From positions 124,001-188,000 of the IMG/VR virus record IMGVR_UViG_3300033997_000092: DNA of 64,000 nt; one strand, given 5' to 3'. This document shows, one piece after another, positions 57,052 through 64,000 of the stretch. Position 1 is the stretch's first letter, and each line of letters opens with the position of its first letter. The notes beneath the pieces were generated by a model. That model saw nothing but the letters and a program-made list of their open reading frames with translations, was not told the origin of the DNA and did not search any database. A program made the position numbers and the translations under genes.

Positions 57052-58860
57052 ATGTTCAATTTCAAATCACGTATTGTTGCCGATTCCGGTTCGGGTAAAA
57101 AACAACAGAGTACGCTGGGTGTTTCTTCTCGCCCGCGTAAATCTCCTTCAAATCCTGGGTTCGTATCTGAATCCAACGCTGGTTCAGGTCCTACATTTGG
57201 CAAGATGGAAGTCGGATTAGATACATCCTTATTGCTTGAAGGTATGGATAGTGAACTCAGAGACAGACAACTATTTTCAGTGTATCGTGATATGTATTGG
57301 CACGATCCTGTTTGTGGTAGCTGTGCGGATTTATTCAGTACGCTCCCATTCAGTGAGTTTAATATTGGTGGTGCCCAAGACAAATACTTGGACTCCTACC
57401 GCGAAGCTATTGAAGTATTAAACTTGCGTAGTATTATGCCTCGCGTTTCCATTGACCACCAAGTAACCGGTGCGTTCTGTGGAAGTATGTTGTATAGTGC
57501 TGAAAAGAAAAAGATCTACGACTTGATGCCTCATCGCTACGATGATATAGCCGTGCATTCACTTCCTCTTTATAGCCAAGATCCTATTATGTATCTTCGC
57601 ATGAACGATGAAATGAAAAACACGCTGCGTTTGGACAGCCGGCGTATCGATATGATCCGTGAGCAGATGGGCGACAAGTTTTTTTCCAAGCTTATGGAAT
57701 CTGAACTTGAGCTTGATCCAATCGGAACAATCTATGTTCCACGTAAGACATTCTCGTTTGGCGAAGGTGTTAGTTACTTTAAACGTGTTCTGCCTCTGTG
57801 GTTAATTGAGAAGAACCTGTATCGTGGTACATTAGTTGAATCAGGTCGCAGGCAACGTGGTATCTTACACTTGATGTTAGGTGAAGAAGACTGGCAGCCA
57901 CAACCTGAAGACTTCCAACGTATCACAGATATGTTTATGGATGCTGATGCTGACCCAATCGGAGCTGTAGTGGCTACACGTTTAGGTATTAGCGTTAGTG
58001 AAATGCGTCAAGGCGGTGACTTCTGGAAAGTAACTGACATCTGGGACCAAACTACCCAAGTTAAAATGCGGGCACTTGGTATCAGTGAAGCATTCCTGTC
58101 TGGTGATGCAAGTTATGCAAACATGGAAGGTTCAATGACCGTGTTTGTTGAAACTCTCCGTGCGTACCGTGATATGATGACACGGAAGATATTCTATGAA
58201 AAAGTCTTCCCGCTTGTTTCATTGATGAATGGATTTACTGCTAAGAACGGCAAGATTTTAACCAAGTCAGGTCTGATGGAAGGTAACACTCAGGATATCC
58301 TGAGACGTATGCAAGACGGCTCTAAGTTGTTTATTCCTACAGTACACTGGGCAAAACAACTCAAGCCAGAACACGACCAGTCTTATATCGATATTTTAAA
58401 CATGATGACTGAGAAAGGCATACCAGTACCATTACGAGCGTTAGCTGCTGCTGGCGGATTCAACTTGGACCAATTGCTAATGAATCAATCCGAAGACTTG
58501 GCTACACAACGTCAACTCTTGGAATACAACAAACAGCTTTCTGATATGAAAGCTAAGTACGCTCCTGCTGAAGCTGGTGCTGGCGGTGAAGGTATGGCTT
58601 CTTTCTCCTCTGTGTTAGGTGATCGCCCTATGCCTAAATTGTTTGACCGTGACTTCGGTGAGCGCTCTGAAATTGTAGGCGTTACACGTACAGGTAAGCC
58701 TAAACATATCATCAACCAGCGCGCCGCTAACGCTAAGATGAACCAACAGATTATCAAAGGTCTGACATCGATTGCCCGCAGCGGTAATACTCCATTAACC
58801 AACTTGACTTCAACAGGAATGTTGCCGTCACCTGCATTATTCCGCGGTATGGGACAATGA
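57052..58860 (+). CDS. Portal protein (probable)
   Basis: Follows terL; YRDMYWHDPVCGSCADL, ALGISEAFLSGDASYAN portal-like segments. Confidence 0.75.
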   Translation: MFNFKSRIVADSGSGKKQQSTLGVSSRPRKSPSNPGFVSESNAGSGPTFGKMEVGLDTSLLLEGMDSELRDRQLFSVYRDMYWHDPVCGSCADLFSTLPFSEFNIGGAQDKYLDSYREAIEVLNLRSIMPRVSIDHQVTGAFCGSMLYSAEKKKIYDLMPHRYDDIAVHSLPLYSQDPIMYLRMNDEMKNTLRLDSRRIDMIREQMGDKFFSKLMESELELDPIGTIYVPRKTFSFGEGVSYFKRVLPLWLIEKNLYRGTLVESGRRQRGILHLMLGEEDWQPQPEDFQRITDMFMDADADPIGAVVATRLGISVSEMRQGGDFWKVTDIWDQTTQVKMRALGISEAFLSGDASYANMEGSMTVFVETLRAYRDMMTRKIFYEKVFPLVSLMNGFTAKNGKILTKSGLMEGNTQDILRRMQDGSKLFIPTVHWAKQLKPEHDQSYIDILNMMTEKGIPVPLRALAAAGGFNLDQLLMNQSEDLATQRQLLEYNKQLSDMKAKYAPAEAGAGGEGMASFSSVLGDRPMPKLFDRDFGERSEIVGVTRTGKPKHIINQRAANAKMNQQIIKGLTSIARSGNTPLTNLTSTGMLPSPALFRGMGQ

Positions 58861-59621
58861 AGAAACTGCTACACACCTTAGACCGTTTATGCCTGTCAGT
58901 TAGCCGGTGGTTAGTTTACCACCGGTTCGCTCAGTATGAGTGGTCTCCAGTACAAAAACTAATAGATAAAAGCGCCCGTGAAGATACTACTGGAATCGAT
59001 TCCGCTGTCCATTCATTGAAAATAAACATCAGTGATAAAGACATGCTAGTTCCTGAACTTGGCTTATTTACAGGACAAGGTGCCTATATATGCAAAGCTT
59101 GGGTAAATCCACTAGGCTTCAATCTGCCTGATTATCCTGGCGGTGACAAGATTGTAACATCGAGTTCGTATGTGAACGCTGTTAAAGCAAAACAAGAATT
59201 GGATGAATTGGTCCAGACCTTGATAGCTTATCTCCGTGATACATTGAAATACGATGTCGATATTGGACGCTGGACTCGGTTTCTGTTTGAAATGCCTGAA
59301 TTGTTACTGTTCCAGTATTTCTCACATCCTCATTTTAAAGACTTTGCCAAAAACTACAGTGTTGCGATAGGCTCCCTTGTAGCTTTTGAACGAAAAGGAT
59401 TCCATACAGATAACACTGAATCTTCTAAAGCCAGACTCAAAGAACTTGAAACACAGTTGCTTCATGTTATGTGTAGCGGTTTGCATTTATACAGTTACAA
59501 GTTTTATTGTGAACTTGTACGTGAACTTCCAAAAGACTTTGCGGAGCGTATGCCTGCAGTCAAACTTAAAATGAAACATACTACACAGGAAACATTTACT
59601 TATGTGTCCTGTAATTTGTAA
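58857..59621 (+). CDS. Hypothetical protein
   Basis: 254-aa coupled ORF. Confidence 0.65.
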   Translation: MKKLLHTLDRLCLSVSRWLVYHRFAQYEWSPVQKLIDKSAREDTTGIDSAVHSLKINISDKDMLVPELGLFTGQGAYICKAWVNPLGFNLPDYPGGDKIVTSSSYVNAVKAKQELDELVQTLIAYLRDTLKYDVDIGRWTRFLFEMPELLLFQYFSHPHFKDFAKNYSVAIGSLVAFERKGFHTDNTESSKARLKELETQLLHVMCSGLHLYSYKFYCELVRELPKDFAERMPAVKLKMKHTTQETFTYVSCNL

Positions 59622-59627
59622 GGAGCT

Positions 59628-60047
59628 GTGATGGGATTACCTGATGAATACACATTAGGACAACTCAAGGAACACATAGCTGGTGGTGGTTATCTTCGCA
59701 TACTTGCAAAGTGTAAATCAAAGCCGTACACAGGAGTAGTTTTCATTGTGTCTGGCGTTAAGCACGATGCAGCCGTTAACTATCACGATGTTTCAGTGTC
59801 TTTTGGTTTCTTTTTATCGAATGATATGGGTGACCTGACACTTGAACGTCCTAAGTCTGAGGTACTGCATCTGCGTAAAGCAAATCAGCTTGACTTGGAC
59901 CTGTGTTACTTGGCCGGATTGTATGGCAGGAGGCTAGGTACGTTGTTTACGACTCAGCCTGATTCAGCCTACGTGTCGTCGGCTATATTCAACAACACTG
60001 AATTTGAATCTTCCGTTGTATTAGGAGAATCAACTGATGGCGAATGA
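59628..60047 (+). CDS. Hypothetical protein
   Basis: AAGGAG RBS. Confidence 0.6.
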   Translation: MMGLPDEYTLGQLKEHIAGGGYLRILAKCKSKPYTGVVFIVSGVKHDAAVNYHDVSVSFGFFLSNDMGDLTLERPKSEVLHLRKANQLDLDLCYLAGLYGRRLGTLFTTQPDSAYVSSAIFNNTEFESSVVLGESTDGE

Positions 60048-60291
60048 ACTTGATAAGAAATTTGCAGAGCGTTTTGGTTTGCCTGAGCAAGACTGGACTT
60101 CTGACAAAATCAAAATTCCATTTGAGTCGCTGAAGCTTACTGAAGCACAAAAGACAAAAGCAATGTCCGAAGCTGTAGGTTATGCCAGCGACAAATTCTA
60201 CAAAGGACAAAATCAAGATCCGTACTTGTATTACTTCTTGATGTTGTCTACACCGAATGCCGTTATTATGGCAGCATTACTCAACACATAA
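60037..60291 (+). CDS. Hypothetical protein
   Basis: AGGAG RBS. Confidence 0.6.
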   Translation: MANELDKKFAERFGLPEQDWTSDKIKIPFESLKLTEAQKTKAMSEAVGYASDKFYKGQNQDPYLYYFLMLSTPNAVIMAALLNT

Positions 60292-60306
60292 CACTGGGAC
60301 AAATTC

Positions 60307-60738
60307 ATGGATACTTTGTTTAGCTTCTACAATCTTGATGTAGCAAAACTTAAACGTGTGACCTTCTTAAATTCATCAGGTAGTGTTCCTGCTGAAATCA
60401 TGGAAGTTCTCAACGAATTTGCCGACAATATCGACGAACATTTTGATATTGGCCAGGCGACTGATTACGAAACTGCTGAGCCTCTAATGGAAGCTTTGCA
60501 GGAATTTCTGATTGTCAACGGTGTCATGGACGATCCTTCAGAGCTGGACATTGATGAAGACGACGAAGATGCAGAACTTCCGCTGCCTCCAGTCATGATA
60601 GAATCAGTTGTCCGTCTGCGCGTAGGTAATGAAGTTAAATTCCTTATCCACGTTATGGATCCAGACAGTGATATGTACGATGACGAAGAAGAAGACATCA
60701 GTTTTGATGATGACGAAGAAGAGGAAGACTTCGAGTAG
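60307..60738 (+). CDS. Acidic hypothetical protein
   Basis: 143 aa, D/E-rich. Confidence 0.7.
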   Translation: MDTLFSFYNLDVAKLKRVTFLNSSGSVPAEIMEVLNEFADNIDEHFDIGQATDYETAEPLMEALQEFLIVNGVMDDPSELDIDEDDEDAELPLPPVMIESVVRLRVGNEVKFLIHVMDPDSDMYDDEEEDISFDDDEEEEDFE

Positions 60739-60809
60739 TCAGGTGTGGGAAGGGCGCTATATGTGCCCTTTTCGCGATCTTGTGGCATAAAATTTCGCAG
60801 GTGACTATC

Positions 60810-61124
60810 ATGTTTGTTCAACTTGTACATGAATCCGTGTTAACTGTCGGCCATTATCTTAACAATGTTCAAAACGGTATTTATACGGTTATGTTGGTTC
60901 CGGTAGATTCTAGGGAAGATGCTGTTATACGTCTACGCGCTTTTAGTGACCGTATTCGCCAAAAGCTTCCTGCTATGGACAGTCCTGAGCTAACTGCCTA
61001 TTGTTGTGGTAGCAATCCTATCAAATGTTGTGGTAAGCTACATAGTCATATAGAATCGGTTATCGCACAGGCAAATCCAAAGACGCCTAAAGTTATAGAT
61101 CATAGACGGGACTGGCAAAAATGA
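60810..61124 (+). CDS. Hypothetical protein
   Basis: AGGTGA RBS before ATG 60810. Confidence 0.55.
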   Translation: MFVQLVHESVLTVGHYLNNVQNGIYTVMLVPVDSREDAVIRLRAFSDRIRQKLPAMDSPELTAYCCGSNPIKCCGKLHSHIESVIAQANPKTPKVIDHRRDWQK

Positions 61125-61468
61125 AAATACTTGTAGCTATCTCTGGTGCTGGTGCTGCCAAATCTGTAAATAGTGTAGTAAGAAAAGACGGTAAGATCCA
61201 TTACGCGGGTTTAGTGTTCCCTGACTTCGATAAACCCATTGTCTTAAAGTCAGGCAAACACAAACGTGCCGTACTTGCTAAGAAAGGGAAGTTCTTTAAG
61301 TTGGTTCGCTATGGTAGAGTTGGATATGAAGATTTTACCACCCACAAAGACAAAGAAAGACGCGATAGATTTCGTGCCCGCTTTCGTGGCATCCTAACTA
61401 AAGAAGGGAAGCCTGCTTACAAAGATAAATGGACCGCCGCACACTGGGCTTACTACGACTTATGGTGA
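61121..61468 (+). CDS. Basic protein of a family shared with giant viruses/cyanophages (DUF5754-like)
   Basis: VRYGRVGYEDFTTHKDKERRDRFRARF...DKWTAAHWAYYDLW. Confidence 0.6.
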   Translation: MKILVAISGAGAAKSVNSVVRKDGKIHYAGLVFPDFDKPIVLKSGKHKRAVLAKKGKFFKLVRYGRVGYEDFTTHKDKERRDRFRARFRGILTKEGKPAYKDKWTAAHWAYYDLW

Positions 61469-61471
61469 TAT

Positions 61472-61912
61472 ATGGTTACTGAACTTGTTTTCGGATGTGG
61501 ATGTGTCAAACCAACAAAGCGCGAACCGTTAAAAGCCTCTACTTCTCGTTGTCCTGTACATGGTCATGGAGTAGTAGCATTGACATCGGGTAAGCGTTTG
61601 CGTAACAAGCTCGACACTAAAAAGTTGAAAGCTGTATGCTGTCCTTTGGCAGAATTCACACATGAAGACAGTTTGGTAATTGTTGATTGTTCAAAACCCC
61701 TCAAGGTACTACAAAAACAAGTAACAGGAAAACACGTTGTTTACAAAGATGCTAAGTCATTGGCAGTCCTGTCTCTATGTATCTCATTTGCTAAGTCTGT
61801 TACTGTTCATACACGGAGCCCTTTAGTATTCCGTATGTGTAAATATCCAGATAGCATAACTTCGATGACGCCTAATGGTTCAGGTAAATACGATGTCAAA
61901 AAAGCAAGCTAA
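61472..61912 (+). CDS. Hypothetical Cys-rich protein
   Basis: CGC...CPVHG. Confidence 0.6.
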   Translation: MVTELVFGCGCVKPTKREPLKASTSRCPVHGHGVVALTSGKRLRNKLDTKKLKAVCCPLAEFTHEDSLVIVDCSKPLKVLQKQVTGKHVVYKDAKSLAVLSLCISFAKSVTVHTRSPLVFRMCKYPDSITSMTPNGSGKYDVKKAS

Positions 61913-62867
61913 AAATATACCGATCCTTGACGTTATAGATGCGTACAATTGGTTGAATCGCGCTTACTTCTCTGCTCCCAAACTCACTACCAAAGCTGGT
62001 GAGCCTACTGGTGCAGTTAAAGGTTTCGTTAATATGGTCAACAGCCTTATTAAAAAGCGCATTGAAAAATATGGTGTGTGTTACTTGGTTGTTGCTTTTG
62101 ACAGCAACAAAGGAAAGAACTGGCGCCACCAATACACCGCTGACTTCCTTTCAAAGAACAAGAAGCACATAGGTGTAATGCCTACAGATACCGACAAAGG
62201 ATATAAAGGCACACGGTTAAAAGATGAAACAAAATCATCTGAACTTAATCCACAAATTGAATTGGCTAAACAGGTACTTGCTGCCCGTGGAATCGTTTGC
62301 TTAGAATCTCCAAGATACGAAGCAGATGACATCATAGGTACTCTTGCCTTACACGCCAGTCCTAAAACGTACAACCTTATGATATGGAGCCGTGATAAAG
62401 ATTTCGCGCAGCTACTTTCTAGGAATGTACGCATAACACAGCAAGCTCAAGGTAATACCAAAGAGATTGTTGTGACACGCATGAACTGCAAAGAAGTCTA
62501 CGGTGTACTTCCAAAACACGTTATACCTTATCTGGCCATGTGCGGAGATAAGTCTGACAATGTTCCTGGTATACCTGGAATAGGACCAGCTAAAGCAGTA
62601 GAGCTGATTGCCTTACATGAGAACAGTGAAGATCTCATGTCTTCGATTTTCGCAGGATCTTATACAAAAGGACTTCAAAAGAAACTTACCGATCCAGTCA
62701 ACCAAAAGTTGTATTATATGTCGGAGACTTTAGTTTCTATTTGCACAGATGTACCAAACGTACCTACAAAATTAAGTGAGTATCGTCTTGGTAAACTTTC
62801 AAACCACATGAAACAACTAAACAAACTTGCCAAGCGTTGGGAGTTTACACAGTTGTTTACCGTTTAG
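61893..62867 (+). CDS. 5'-3' exonuclease / flap endonuclease (Pol I N-terminal-like)
   Basis: IDAYNWLNRAYFS, AFD, YKGTR, YEADDIIGTLA, SRDKDFAQL, GDKSDNVPGIPGIGP. Confidence 0.92.
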   Translation: MSKKQAKNIPILDVIDAYNWLNRAYFSAPKLTTKAGEPTGAVKGFVNMVNSLIKKRIEKYGVCYLVVAFDSNKGKNWRHQYTADFLSKNKKHIGVMPTDTDKGYKGTRLKDETKSSELNPQIELAKQVLAARGIVCLESPRYEADDIIGTLALHASPKTYNLMIWSRDKDFAQLLSRNVRITQQAQGNTKEIVVTRMNCKEVYGVLPKHVIPYLAMCGDKSDNVPGIPGIGPAKAVELIALHENSEDLMSSIFAGSYTKGLQKKLTDPVNQKLYYMSETLVSICTDVPNVPTKLSEYRLGKLSNHMKQLNKLAKRWEFTQLFTV

Positions 62868-62879
62868 CAGGAATAATAT

Positions 62880-64000
62880 ATGAGCGAAGCACATCAAGTA
62901 CAAGGTGAAATCCAATGTGAAGATCAGGTCCAGGGTCACGTTCCTGGAACCCAGGTTAAGCCTGTAGAAATACAGACAGCTTTCATACCTGCACCTGAAC
63001 CAGACCATGCACCTGACGAAACTTACGCTATTTCAAATGATCCGGTTGAGCATTACCGCAAAACTGATCTTACCCCGCACATGGTGTCTGTGTCTCTGAT
63101 CGGTGGTACGTCTGTTGATCCTGAAATTGTTGAAGCAGAAGCCGAAGGCCAGTTAGCTGTTTTAGGCGAAACACAGGTAGAAGTATTGGAAGACGTGGAT
63201 AGTGAAGAGGTCCATGAACCTGTTGACGACCAAGCAGCCGTTGGTCTTGCTGTGCAGACTGAACAGCGTCCTGCTAAACGTAAGAACAAAAACAAATTGA
63301 CCACTCGTAATACTCCTATTGCACAAAACAGTTACAAGCCTGCAGGCAATGAATTGAAAGCAGCGTCTCCTGGTAGTTTGCAGCAATTGGCGGAACGGTT
63401 CAACAACAACGTAGACATTCCATCTCCAATCGATTACGTTGTTTATAGCAGCGTCGGTTACCTGAGCGCTGTCATGACACGTCCTCACCCGGACATGGTA
63501 AAGGCTTCTGCTGAATACAATGCCGGTGACGCGACTGCAAAACGCCGTATGCTTATCCAAACAGAGCAACATGCAGTTGATGTTATGGTTCTTACATCGA
63601 CAGTGTTCGGCAGTTTCAGTAATTGTGGTCGTCCTATCGCAAACAACTACAAAGACTTCGTTAATATGGTGCGTAGTGACCGCGAACCTAAAGCTAAGCG
63701 TTTAGGTCGTATTTCGTTCATGCGTTATGACGCGCAGAACACACGTAAGTTCCTGGCAGCCGCCTTCGTTCAATACAATGACGGCAGCCGCAATCCAGAA
63801 GATGCTACAACTGTCAACTTGAATGCGTTGCGTAAATCTCTGGTCAAAATCTTTGAAACATTCCGCAATGTACGCATCGGTATTATGTTCTTTGGTGACG
63901 ATCAGCACAAGCCTACTCACTGGTCTGAGATTGAATCGGTGATTGAAGCTGTGTGCCGTGAAAACAAACGGCAAGTAACTGTCTTTGTTCACAGCCGTGT
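62880..64000 (+). CDS. Hypothetical protein with C-terminal macrodomain-like segment (partial, runs off window end)
   Basis: Manual translation from ATG 62880 (AGGA RBS) is open to the end: ...LGRI...AAAFVQYNDG...NLNALRKSLVKI...RIGI...HWSEIESVIE...VTVF. Confidence 0.55.
   Translation, partial: MSEAHQVQGEIQCEDQVQGHVPGTQVKPVEIQTAFIPAPEPDHAPDETYAISNDPVEHYRKTDLTPHMVSVSLIGGTSVDPEIVEAEAEGQLAVLGETQVEVLEDVDSEEVHEPVDDQAAVGLAVQTEQRPAKRKNKNKLTTRNTPIAQNSYKPAGNELKAASPGSLQQLAERFNNNVDIPSPIDYVVYSSVGYLSAVMTRPHPDMVKASAEYNAGDATAKRRMLIQTEQHAVDVMVLTSTVFGSFSNCGRPIANNYKDFVNMVRSDREPKAKRLGRISFMRYDAQNTRKFLAAAFVQYNDGSRNPEDATTVNLNALRKSLVKIFETFRNVRIGIMFFGDDQHKPTHWSEIESVIEAVCRENKRQVTVFVHSR

Overview
This 64-kb window comes from a large (jumbo-type) tailed dsDNA phage genome, roughly 40-45% GC by eye. 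It probably infects a gammaproteobacterium. Its gene content resembles Erwinia Y3 / Dickeya JA / Pseudomonas Lu11-PaBG-type myophages, but that is an inference from gene content only. Replication and recombination genes: SbcC/Rad50-like ATPase (partial), DnaX-like clamp loader, primase, RuvC-like resolvase, Cas4-like nuclease, gp32-like SSB, RecA/UvsX, DnaB-like helicase, topoisomerase II A and B, 5'-3' exonuclease. It also carries two sigma-like factors, UvsE, NADAR, thymidylate kinase, terminase large subunit, portal, a tRNA-Ile2(CAU) and a cluster of extremely charged low-complexity proteins. Two elements stand out. (1) A ParB-like / C5-methyltransferase / CmoA / AsnB-like operon whose methyltransferase has Asn->Arg in motif X, predicting carboxymethyl-cytosine DNA hypermodification. 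(2) A ~1-kb, densely base-paired RNA region downstream of the tRNA, with G-U wobbles that fix it on the + strand, a repeated stem motif, palindromic loops and an embedded 54-aa hydrophobic ORF. Three promoter classes and a candidate replication origin are also visible. All calls are by-eye motif recognition; no searches were run.
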